NCBI GenBank assembly: GCA_046346765.1
Contig: JAXMHN010000006.1
Coordinates: 88,799 to 152,798 of the forward strand
DNA from: Verrucomicrobiota bacterium
GTDB taxonomy: Bacteria; Verrucomicrobiota; Verrucomicrobiia; Limisphaerales; SIBE01
Length of the DNA stretch: 64,000 nt
Direction of reading: 5' to 3'
Part shown: piece by piece, positions 8,283 through 17,316 of the stretch
Layout of the letters: every line of letters starts with the position of its first letter
Numbering within the stretch: the stretch's first letter is position 1
Notes under the pieces: generated by a model
The model's database searches: none
Seen by the model: the letters and a program-made list of their open reading frames with translations, nothing else
What the model was told of the DNA's origin: nothing
Made by a program: the position numbers and the translations under genes

Positions 8283-11146
8283 ATGCGAACATTGTTCTTG
8301 TCCTTGACGGCTGCCTTGACAGCCCTCGGCGCTTTGCCTAGCCTGGCCGAAGGCCCTCTGCCGAGTTCGGTCGGGCCTGTCTCGGGCGACCGGCCGCGAC
8401 TGGATCTTTCGGGCGAGTGGGAGTTCAAGCTCGATCCGGACGACGTTGGCCGCGCCGAGAGATATTTCGAGGCATCGGTTGCCTACGACCGAAAGATCGC
8501 CGTCCCGGGCGCTTGGAATGCGCAGGGTGTGGCTTATCCGTCCGAGCCTTCCCTGCGGGCCTATGAAAAGGCCGCAGCCGAGGAACATCAGCACCTTTAC
8601 GGGCTGGGCACCCTCGGGAAACAAAGCGAGTCGGCCAAGCTCGACAGCGTCTATCCCGGGCCGGCGTGGTATCGGAAACGAGTGACGATTCCATTGGAGT
8701 GGAAGGACAAAGTGCCGTGGCTGGTCTTCGGCGGCGTTCATCGTGAGGCCGAAGTCTGGGTTAACGGCCAGTCTGTTGGCAGCCACAACTCCTACCTGAC
8801 ACCCTTCCGGATTGACCTATCCAACAGAGCCAAGGCCGATGACACGATCACCGTCGCAGTCCGAGTCGATGCCAGACGCAATCGCGCCCGTGACCCGCTC
8901 ATGGGCTGCTTCGACACCCTGGATTTTCTCTACATCACGTGGGGTGGCCTTTATCGCCCGGTGACGCTCGAGGCGACGGAGCGAGACCGGTTCGGCGATA
9001 TTTTCATTCTCCCGCGACTGGCCGATAGCACCGCCGAGATGCGCATCCACTTGGAAGGTCCGCGCCCAGGCGCTGTGACAATTCTAGCCGACGCTGCCGA
9101 CGCGGAAGGCTCACCCGCTGCCTCCGCCAAGACAAAGCTGGTGGCGGGGGAGGCTGACGCCGTGCTGCAACTTCCAATCGTTCGGCCGCGCCTGTGGTCG
9201 CCGACGAGTCCTCATTTGTACACCGCTCGACTCAGCTTGCTGGACGGCGAAAGAACTGTGGATGCGCGCTCGATTCGTTTTGGGATGCGCGAGTTCCAAG
9301 TGGCCGGAGGAAAGTTCCTTCTCAACGGGCAGCCGATTTTTTTGCGAGGCTATGGTGACGACTGCATTTTCCCCACGACGATCTGCCCACCGGCGGATAA
9401 GGCTCTCCTCAAGCAACGGTTGGCTGCGGCCCGGTCGTATGGCTTCAATTACGTCCGACATCACAGCTGGATTCCGCCGGAGGAGTATCTGGAAGCGGCT
9501 GACGAGTTAGGCATGATGCTGCAGCCCGAGTTTCCCTTCGCTTATCGCTGGGATCTGCCGACGACGCCGGAGGCAAAGCAGGCGGCCCTTGACCAATGGC
9601 AGGCAATCATCCGCCTGCATCGGAACCATCCATCCATCGTGACCTGGTGCATGGGGAACGAACTCTACGACTCATTCGATCTCGCCCCCGAGATGTACCG
9701 TCTGGCCAAGCAGCTCGACCCAACGCGGCCGGTCGTTGATTCGGATGGGTGCAACTTCTCCCACCAGACGCGGAACACGCTCGATTTCATGGTGGTGCAG
9801 TTCGGGGAAGGCCACTCGATCGGCTTTAACGATGGCAAGTATGATTTCGGCCAGGAGATCCGGAAACCCGTCATTGCGCACGAAATGGGCTACTTTGTGA
9901 CTTTGCCGGATCTGGCCCAGTTCGATCAGTTCGGCAGCGGTCTGAGGCCATATTGGCTGACGCAGGCCCGCGACCTGGCCGCCCATAACGGAATGGCGAG
10001 TGAGTATCCGGCGTGGCTGGCCTCCTCCTATCGTCTCCAAGCGACCTGCTTTAAAAGCAACATGGAAGCGGCCCGCCGTCTGCGCTGAAGCGGAACGTCC
10101 GTTTGGCTCTTCCAGGATTATCCTAACTGTGCCGAGGGGGTGGTCGATATGTTCTTTCAGCCAAAAGGGCTCAGCCCGGAGCAGTTTCGCCGCTTCAATG
10201 GGCCGACTTCAAAAGCTCCTGCTCGAGATCAGAGACCAAGCGGCGGCAATCGGTGCGCGAGACCGTCGCACTGCAGCTATCCAGTTCGCGCTTCGAAGAT
10301 CCTGCATCGGTGGCGAAGGTCCGTTGGACATTGACCCTGGACGGTCAAACGCTCAAGACGGGAATACGCGACCCGTCCAAGTCAGCAATGACGGAATCAC
10401 GGAGTTGTGCGCGCCCGAACTCCACGTCCCGCCGTTGGTTCAAGCGAGAAGGCTGGCCCTTGCAAGCGGACCTGACCGATGCGAAACGGGGTCGTGTCCA
10501 ATGCCTGGGACGTCTGGGTTTTTCCCACCAACCGGCTCGCTGATCAGGCTTCGAGCATGAGTGCACCATTTTGACGCAGCGCGGCAGGCCTACGCCTCCA
10601 GCGTCGATCAAGGCCGGGCTCCGAAAATCCTCCGCTGCTCGTGACGTCGCCTGGACCCAGACGCATTCATATCTCGCCGGCGGGCGCGTGTTCCTGTTGG
10701 ATCCTGAAGCTGCCTTCCCAGTCGAGAAAACAAACTTCCGTTTGTCTTCGTGGGATGGTGGCGGGCCATCCGGAACGATCCTGCAGCCTGGTCACCCCGC
10801 CCTCCGCGCCATGCCGAACGACGGCTGGTGCGATTTGCAGTTCTATGAACTGATTCAAGGATCGAAGACAGTTTTTCTGGATCGCTTGCCAGTGAAGATT
10901 GCGCCGATGGTGCGCTGCATCGATCGTCCAACTCGCTTGGCCAATCGTGCTTATCTTTTCGAAGCGTCGATTGGGCGAGGCAAACTGCTGGTGAGCGGCT
11001 TCAACTTTCAACGGGGCCTGTCGTCCCGCGATCCGGCGTCCGTTTACTTTTTCGACCAATTGGCGCGCTACGCGCTCAGCGACGCGTTCCAGCCGCCGCA
11101 TGCGTTGCCGGCCGAGGCCGTGCCGGCCAAGGGAGGCTCCCAATGA
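8283..11146 (+). pseudogene. glycoside hydrolase family 2-like gene, interrupted (in-frame TGA plus several frame changes between 10086 and 10574)
   Basis: GH2-type motifs: GVHREAEVWVNGQSVGSHNSYLTPF, FLLNGQPIFLRGYGDD, NYVRHHSW, NHPSIVTWCMGNELY. TGA at 10086-10088 is in frame with the continuing WLFQDYPNCAEGVVDMFFQPKGLSPEQF. Further protein-like segments (VRWTLTLDGQTLKTG; VQVSNDGITELCAPELHVPP; NAWDVWVFP) lie in different frames. The intact C-terminal ORF is 10571..11146. Confidence 0.7.
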
Positions 11147-12009
11147 TCGTTGATGTCCATACGCACTTCTTCCAGCCCGAAACTGATTTCGGCGAACAGT
11201 TGCGCGCGGACCTGAGGCGTGCTGGAGTGGACACGGCTGTTTGGGGTAACGTGGGCGAGCGCCATCTGGAAACCACCAAGGCGGCGGATGTGGCGATTGT
11301 GTTCGGCCTGCAAGCGCAGGCGACCGGATGGGGTACGCCGAACGACGCCGTTGCGGCGCACGTGCGCCGCGCGCCGGAACGATTGTTGCTTTTCGCGGCG
11401 ATTGATCCAGCCCACCCTGCCTATTTCGAGGAGTTGGAGCGTTGCCACACTGGGTTGGGCGCCGTGGGAGTGAAGCTGGCGCCGCTCTATCAGGGAGTGC
11501 ATCCGCTCGACCCGCGCTGCCGCCAAATCTATCGCTATTGTGAACGGGAGCACCTCCCCATTCTCTTTCATGTCGGCACTTCTTTTGTCGGCGGCACTCC
11601 TTTGGACTATTCGCGGCCGGTCCATTTCGATGCGGTGGCAGTGGAGTACCCGGAACTGCGGATGGTGCTGGCGCACTTAGGGCATCCGTGGGAAGGAGAA
11701 ACCATTGCGGTGATCCGTCGCCACCCGCATGTTTTCGCTGATTTGTCCGCGCTCTACTATCGTCCCTGGCAGTTCTACAACTCCATGCGCCTCCTGGTGG
11801 AATACCGCACCGAAGGCAAGGTCCTCTTCGGCTCCGATTTTCCCTTCACCACCACCGGCAGTTCATTGGCCGGAGTGCGGGATGTCAATGCCATCCTGGC
11901 CCAAAGCGGTCTTCCGGCAGTGCCGAAGGAAGTGCTCGATGGCATCATTCACCGCGACTCGCTTCGTTTGCTCGGGCTGAGCCGGCCCAGGCCAACCGCA
12001 GCGCCATGA
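11143..12009 (+). CDS. amidohydrolase_2-family metal-dependent hydrolase (lactonase/decarboxylase type)
   Basis: MIVDVHTHFF N-terminal metal-binding motif and TIM-barrel amidohydrolase-like length. There are 4-nt overlaps with both the upstream and downstream genes. Confidence 0.8.
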   Translation: MIVDVHTHFFQPETDFGEQLRADLRRAGVDTAVWGNVGERHLETTKAADVAIVFGLQAQATGWGTPNDAVAAHVRRAPERLLLFAAIDPAHPAYFEELERCHTGLGAVGVKLAPLYQGVHPLDPRCRQIYRYCEREHLPILFHVGTSFVGGTPLDYSRPVHFDAVAVEYPELRMVLAHLGHPWEGETIAVIRRHPHVFADLSALYYRPWQFYNSMRLLVEYRTEGKVLFGSDFPFTTTGSSLAGVRDVNAILAQSGLPAVPKEVLDGIIHRDSLRLLGLSRPRPTAAP

Positions 12010-13010
12010 CCACGGAACCAACCACGATGCGAGCGCTGCAAATGCAGGCGCCGGGCCAGTTGGTCTGCACCCGGCTGCCGGTGCCACGTCCGGGACCGCG
12101 CGAAGTTCTGATCCGCACGGCCGCCGCGACCATCTGCACTTCGGACCTGCACGACCTGGCTCGAAACCCTTTCGGAATTGTTTTGCCTCGTGTCCTTGGC
12201 CACGAAGCGGCTGGCGTGATCGCGGCGCGTGGGAGCGAGGCGAAGGAACTGGATCTGGGCAGCCGAGTGGCCGTGCATCCGGTGGTGCCGTGCGGGATCT
12301 GCGCGGAGTGTCAGCGCGGCTTCGGCCATCTCTGTCTCCGGATGGGACATCTCGGCCTCGACCGCGACGGAGCTTTTGCGGAGTACTTCCTCCAGCGCAT
12401 CGATCGGGTGCGGCCCATCCCGCCGGACGTGCCGATTCAGTTGGGCTCATTGCTCGAACCGGTTTCGGTTTGCTTGCAAGCCATCGCCCGCGCCGGCCAG
12501 GTGCAGGGCCGAGAGGTGCTGATCGCCGGCGACGGGCCCTTCGGCAACATCATCGCGCGGTTGGCGGTCAAGGAGGGAGCGCGGCGTGTCGTTGTCGCAG
12601 GCCGCCAGCCGTTTCGCCTAAACCGAATTCCCGGGGTGGAAGCGACCCAATCCACTCCGCTGGGTCCATTCGATGTCGCTATTTTAGCCGTCAGTTCCGC
12701 TGGCGCCGCCAGCGCCTGTCTGGCCGCATTGCGGGCGCGGGGCCGTTTGGTCGTTTTCAGCGCCCTGGCGGAAGCGCCAACGGTTGACTGGTTTTCGCTC
12801 CACACGCGCGAACTGGAGATTGTGGGTGCCTGCAATGACGAGGAGCGCCTCGACCAGGCGCTGCTCTGTTTGGCCGATCCGGCCTTGGCCCTGGAGGAAG
12901 TCATCACCCATGCGCTGCCTTTTGAACGCTGGCCGGAAGCTTTCTCCTTGGCCCGGGATGGCCACGATCGAGCCTTGAAGGTCGCGCTCACTTTTCCGGA
13001 GATTGCATGA
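12006..13010 (+). CDS. zinc-dependent MDR-family alcohol/sugar dehydrogenase
   Basis: GHEAAGVI catalytic-zinc motif, structural-zinc CGICAECQRGFGHLC, and Rossmann motif AGDGPFG. Confidence 0.85.
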   Translation: MTTEPTTMRALQMQAPGQLVCTRLPVPRPGPREVLIRTAAATICTSDLHDLARNPFGIVLPRVLGHEAAGVIAARGSEAKELDLGSRVAVHPVVPCGICAECQRGFGHLCLRMGHLGLDRDGAFAEYFLQRIDRVRPIPPDVPIQLGSLLEPVSVCLQAIARAGQVQGREVLIAGDGPFGNIIARLAVKEGARRVVVAGRQPFRLNRIPGVEATQSTPLGPFDVAILAVSSAGAASACLAALRARGRLVVFSALAEAPTVDWFSLHTRELEIVGACNDEERLDQALLCLADPALALEEVITHALPFERWPEAFSLARDGHDRALKVALTFPEIA

Positions 13011-14161
13011 AGATCACCAACGTGGAGGCGTTCATCCTCCAATCGCCATACGAGAATCGACCTCCCGAAGGGAGCGACGAAGCGCACGGCGTGAAACACT
13101 GCCTTCTTTTGAAAGTCACAACGGATGACGGCCTGATCGGCTGGGCGGACGTCGAGACGGCTCCGCATGTCGCCGCTTCCGTCATCAGCGCGCCCGAAAG
13201 CGGCGTCGGGATGTTCGAGGGGCTCGCGGCCTTGGTCGTGGGAGAAGATCCATTCGACGTCGAGCGACTGTGGGACAAAGTGTATCGCGGCACGATTTAC
13301 TACGGGCGCCGGGGCGTTGCCATGCAGGTCCTTTCCGGCTTGGATATCGCCTGTCACGATCTCATGGGCAAAGCCACCGGCCGGCCGGTCCATCAGCTCC
13401 TCGGCGGCGCCCGGCGAGCTCGGATTCGAGCCTACGCTTCCACCCTGTTCCGTTCGACTCCCGAAGCTATGCGCCGCGCCTGCCAGTTCTACGTGGAACG
13501 CGGCTTTACGGCCGTCAAGTTCGGCTGGGGCGTCTTTGGTCGGGACCTGAAACAGGATGTTGCCTTGGTCGCCGCGGCCCGCGAGGCGCTCGGACCCGAA
13601 CGGGTCTTGCTCGTCGATCCAGGTTGGATGGTGAACCGCAGCGCCAGCGACGCCATCGCGCTCTGCCGCGCCCTGGAGCCTTACGACATCTTCTGGCTGG
13701 AGGACTTTCTCCATCCCGAATGCTACGAAGGCTACGCCCGGGTCAAGGCTGCCGGAGTCAAAACCCGGCTCGCGGCCGGAGAACAGGAGGCGACCGCCTG
13801 GGGCTTTCGCGATCTCATCCACAAGGGCGGCATCGATGTCGTGCAGCCGGACTTGTCGCGCTGCGGCGGACTGTCCCAGGCGCGCAAGATTGCGTGGGAA
13901 GCAGAATATGCCGGTGTCGATGTTTGCCCCCACGCCTGGTTAACCGATCTCTTGACCGCCGCGAGTCTGCATTTCAACGCCGTCCTGCCGCGCGCCCTCT
14001 TCCTCGAGTACAACGTCTGTGACAATCCCATGCTGCGCGAGGTCATTCGCAATCCGGTGCGGATGGATGCCGACGGCTTCATGGCGGTGCCCGCTGGCCC
14101 CGGACTGGGAGTAGAAGTGGATGAAGAGGCCGTGCGTCGCTTTAGCGTCGGGCGCGTATGA
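13007..14161 (+). CDS. enolase-superfamily (mandelate racemase/muconate lactonizing enzyme family) acid-sugar dehydratase-like protein
   Basis: MKITNVEAFIL start. Family motifs: FWLEDFLHPE (metal ligand region), LAAGEQE, DVVQPDLSRCGGLS. Confidence 0.85.
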   Translation: MKITNVEAFILQSPYENRPPEGSDEAHGVKHCLLLKVTTDDGLIGWADVETAPHVAASVISAPESGVGMFEGLAALVVGEDPFDVERLWDKVYRGTIYYGRRGVAMQVLSGLDIACHDLMGKATGRPVHQLLGGARRARIRAYASTLFRSTPEAMRRACQFYVERGFTAVKFGWGVFGRDLKQDVALVAAAREALGPERVLLVDPGWMVNRSASDAIALCRALEPYDIFWLEDFLHPECYEGYARVKAAGVKTRLAAGEQEATAWGFRDLIHKGGIDVVQPDLSRCGGLSQARKIAWEAEYAGVDVCPHAWLTDLLTAASLHFNAVLPRALFLEYNVCDNPMLREVIRNPVRMDADGFMAVPAGPGLGVEVDEEAVRRFSVGRV

Positions 14162-14916
14162 AGCCAATCCTGCAACATCACCTCAAGGGGAACGAGGCGG
14201 CTTTTTGGTGGCTTGGCCAGGCTGGCTACATCGTCCGTTCGGCCGATTGCACGATCGCGATTGATCCCTATCTGTCCGATTCGGCCGCGGCCGGTTCGCC
14301 CGAATTCAGGCGGCTCTATCCGCCGCCCATCGAGCCAGAAGAGCTGCGCGTCGATATCTACGTTATCACGCACGACCACCTGGACCATCTCGATCCGGAG
14401 ACCATCCGACGCTACCCGGCCAAGGACCGCACTTGGTTTGTAGCTCCTCGCTTGGCCGCGCGGCGGCTGCCCGAATTGGGCATCAGCCCAGCCCAGATCG
14501 TCCGCCTGGATGCCGGCGAAGAACACACCCTGGGCACGGTGCAGCTGCAAGGGGTCTTTGCCCTCGCAACCGGAGCGGAGGTCTTAGATACGACCGGTTA
14601 CCTGGTTCGTTTTGGCAACGGCCGGACGTTCTACCACACGAGCGATACGGTGGTGCATCCGTTGGTCCTGGCCGCGGCGCCGCGTCGGCCGGACGTGATG
14701 GTCGTTCCGATTAACGGAAAGTGGGGCAACCCGGGTCCGGAACTGGCCGCGGCTTTTGCCGCCGAAGTCGACCCGCGCATCGTCGTGCCGAACCATTACG
14801 ATTTGATGGCCCTCAATGCCGAGAACCCGGAGACGTTTGGCTGGTTTTGCCGGCAACGGAGCTTGGGCGCACGCTGCCGGATAGTCCGGCGGATGGAGCC
14901 GCTTGTCTGGGCCTGA
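14158..14916 (+). CDS. MBL-fold metallo-hydrolase (UlaG-like)
   Basis: ITHDHLDHLD (HxHxDH) motif. Length and context are typical of COG2220-type lactonase-like proteins. Confidence 0.8.
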   Translation: MKPILQHHLKGNEAAFWWLGQAGYIVRSADCTIAIDPYLSDSAAAGSPEFRRLYPPPIEPEELRVDIYVITHDHLDHLDPETIRRYPAKDRTWFVAPRLAARRLPELGISPAQIVRLDAGEEHTLGTVQLQGVFALATGAEVLDTTGYLVRFGNGRTFYHTSDTVVHPLVLAAAPRRPDVMVVPINGKWGNPGPELAAAFAAEVDPRIVVPNHYDLMALNAENPETFGWFCRQRSLGARCRIVRRMEPLVWA

Positions 14917-14925
14917 ATTCCCTTT

Positions 14926-15609
14926 ATGAAAAGCATCCCCCAATTCGCCTCGGACGCCGAGCGGTTCGCCTGGATCCGGGAGCACCTCTATGTCCCGGTC
15001 GTGTGCGACGTCCTGGATACATTGGGCGCACGCGATCGCGCCATGCACCAACGGTTGCGGCCGCTCGACCCGAACAACGCCCTCATCGTCGGACGCGCCC
15101 GGACTTTCCGCTGGATGGATACCGATTACCTGCCGGACAAAGATCCCTACGGGCTCGAAATCACCGCGATGGATGCGCTCGGGTCCGGCGATGTGGCTGT
15201 TCACTCGACCGATCCAGCGGGCACGAACGCTCCCTGGGGTGAGTTAATGAGCACGGTCGCCAAACGCAACGGCGCCACGGGCTGCATTTGCGACAGCAAC
15301 ATTCGCGACTGTCGCAAGATTATCGCGATAGGCTTTCCTGTCTTCTATGCTGGCATACGCCCCCTGGACAGCCTCGGGCGCGGTCGGGTCATGGCCTACG
15401 ACGTGCCGGTACGCTGCGGCGATGTCCTGGTGCGCCCGGGGGAGTTGGTCTTTGCCGATTTCGACGGGGTGGTCGTGGTTCCCCGCGCTTTGGAGGACGA
15501 GACCCTGGCTGGTGCTTATGACAAAGTCACCAAGGAGAACCATTCCCGCCATGACCTTCTCCGAGGCGATACGCTTCGGGCGGTTTATGACCGTTACGGA
15601 GTCCTTTAA
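14926..15609 (+). CDS. RraA-family protein (HMG/CHA-aldolase / oxaloacetate decarboxylase-like)
   Basis: PWGELMSTVAKRNGATGCICDSNIRDCRKIIAIGFPVFYAGIRP matches the RraA-like core (wGe...G..G.v.DG.vRD...gfPvf). Confidence 0.8.
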   Translation: MKSIPQFASDAERFAWIREHLYVPVVCDVLDTLGARDRAMHQRLRPLDPNNALIVGRARTFRWMDTDYLPDKDPYGLEITAMDALGSGDVAVHSTDPAGTNAPWGELMSTVAKRNGATGCICDSNIRDCRKIIAIGFPVFYAGIRPLDSLGRGRVMAYDVPVRCGDVLVRPGELVFADFDGVVVVPRALEDETLAGAYDKVTKENHSRHDLLRGDTLRAVYDRYGVL

Positions 15610-15630
15610 GTCTGCCCTCACGCAAACATC

Positions 15631-16338
15631 ATGAATATTCTTGCTCTTGGAGCCCACCCGGATGACCTGGAGATATTGTGCGCCGGGACGCTGGCCCTTT
15701 ACGCTCAGCAAGGCCATCGCGTGTTTATGGGTGTGTTCACTTGCGGGGACATGGGCGATTTGGAAATCCCTCCCGAAAAGCTCGCGCGCATTCGGAAGGA
15801 GGAGAGCACCGAGGCGGCCGCTATTATCGGCGCGCACCTGCTTTGGCCCGGCGTGATGGATGAGCACGTCTTTCCGAACGAGGCCCAGCGCCGGGTAATG
15901 ATCGACCTCATGCGGGAGAGTGATCCCGACATCATCCTGACCCATAGTCCGAACGATTATCATCCGGATCATCGCTATCTGGCGCAGCTCGTCTTCGACT
16001 CTTATTTTCAGAAAGGACTGCCCCATATCCCGAACCAAACGCAGCCCGCTTGCCGCTTCGCCGGTGCCCAAATCTATTATATGGATACCATCGCCGGCCT
16101 AGGCTTCCTCCCTGCCGAATACGTCGACATCACCGGCGTCATCGAGATCAAGCGGCGGATGCTTCGATGCCACCGCAGCCAATTCAACGCCATCTCCCAA
16201 CTCGCCCACCGCAACCTGGAACAGTTGATCGAAACGCAATCCAGTTTCCGCGGCCTCGGGGGGGGCTGTGCCTACGCGGAAGGGTTCTGCCGGCTGGAGA
16301 CGTGGCAGCGTGGATCATCCCGACGGCTGTTGCCATGA
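15631..16338 (+). CDS. PIG-L/LmbE-family N-acetyl-sugar deacetylase
   Basis: ILALGAHPDDLEILCAGTL (AHPDDxE) and a downstream HPDH motif. Confidence 0.85.
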   Translation: MNILALGAHPDDLEILCAGTLALYAQQGHRVFMGVFTCGDMGDLEIPPEKLARIRKEESTEAAAIIGAHLLWPGVMDEHVFPNEAQRRVMIDLMRESDPDIILTHSPNDYHPDHRYLAQLVFDSYFQKGLPHIPNQTQPACRFAGAQIYYMDTIAGLGFLPAEYVDITGVIEIKRRMLRCHRSQFNAISQLAHRNLEQLIETQSSFRGLGGGCAYAEGFCRLETWQRGSSRRLLP

Positions 16339-16461
16339 ACAGAGCGGCAACGTCGCCACGCGGCCGGCTGATCACGCTCGGTGGGGAAACGGCAGCACCA
16401 GTTTCGTAGCCCATTCCATGCGACGATCACAACGATTGCGCCACCTGTGAGCACCGCCTCG

Positions 16462-17316
16462 ATGGAAATCGAGCCGATGGCCTACCGTCAGTGGCCGCAG
16501 GCCTACCGCTGCCGCGCTGGCGCGGCCGAAATGGTCGTCGTGGCCGATATTGGACCGCGAATCCTGGACCTGCGCTGGAAGGGCGGAGGCAATCTCCTCT
16601 ATGAGGACACGACCGGCTTCGGACGAAAGGATTGGCGGCTATATGGCGGCCATCGATTGACCGTAGCCCCGGAAGGGGAGGAGAGCTACCTGGCCGATAA
16701 CCAGCCTTGCGTTGTCACCGTCCGATCCGGGCGGCTGAGCCTGCAAACGACGGGAGGCGCATCCGAGATTCGCCGCGAATTGGTCATTATGGGGCCGAAC
16801 GACGGGGCTGGGTTTGAGCTGCTGCATGTCTTGACGAATGACGGAAAGCGGCCGTGGCGGGGCGCGGCTTGGGCGATCACCTGCGTGCCGCACAGTGAGT
16901 TGGCTGCTCCGTGCGGCCGCGTGCGCTGCTGGCCCGGCACAGAGCGCTCCGATTGGACGTTTGCGAGGGGCGGACTCGCAGGTGCGCCTCGGACCCGGCG
17001 CGGGAAGATCGGCTGGCACAGTCTAAACTCCTGGCTGGCGGCACTGCAACCGCAAGCGACTCTTGTCATTCATCACCCTGACCCGGCCGCGCTTGAGGAT
17101 TGCGTCGACGACGGATGCAATGTCGAAGTCTTTGCCTGTCCTGACTATATCGAACTTGAAACGCTCGGGTCCAATGCCTGGATTTCGCCTGGCCAGTCCG
17201 TCATCCATCGTCAGCGCTGGCGCTTGCTTGATCCCGGATTGACGCCGAGCGACTGCCCGACGATCGCGGCGCGAGCAGGTTGCTTCGCGCCGAAGTTACA
17301 TGCACATGAACGCTAA
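16462..17316 (+). CDS. hypothetical protein of the catabolic operon (beta-rich, possibly mutarotase-like)
   Basis: Start chosen at the in-frame ATG at 16462 (MEIEPMAYRQW). The track ORF from 16381 begins in low-complexity sequence. No diagnostic motif was recognised. Confidence 0.5.
   Translation: MEIEPMAYRQWPQAYRCRAGAAEMVVVADIGPRILDLRWKGGGNLLYEDTTGFGRKDWRLYGGHRLTVAPEGEESYLADNQPCVVTVRSGRLSLQTTGGASEIRRELVIMGPNDGAGFELLHVLTNDGKRPWRGAAWAITCVPHSELAAPCGRVRCWPGTERSDWTFARGGLAGAPRTRRGKIGWHSLNSWLAALQPQATLVIHHPDPAALEDCVDDGCNVEVFACPDYIELETLGSNAWISPGQSVIHRQRWRLLDPGLTPSDCPTIAARAGCFAPKLHAHER

Noticed and set aside
10086-10088. In-frame TGA in the GH2 gene as a possible selenocysteine or readthrough codon.
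   Set aside because: No SECIS-like hairpin is evident downstream. GH2 enzymes are not selenoproteins. The following 0.5 kb also contains several frame changes and another stop, so a lesion or artefact is far more likely.
12437-13933. 498-aa minus-strand ORF. Similar long antisense ORFs occur at 4167..5459, 5408..6688, 39121..40512, 46190..47611, 51045..52124 and 22197..23258 (+).
   Set aside because: All lie opposite genes with clear family motifs (ADH/enolase, TolB-like, MBOAT, uvrA, WD40, LamG, DUF3289-like). All have the Arg/Gly/Pro/Ala bias expected from reading GC-rich codons backwards.
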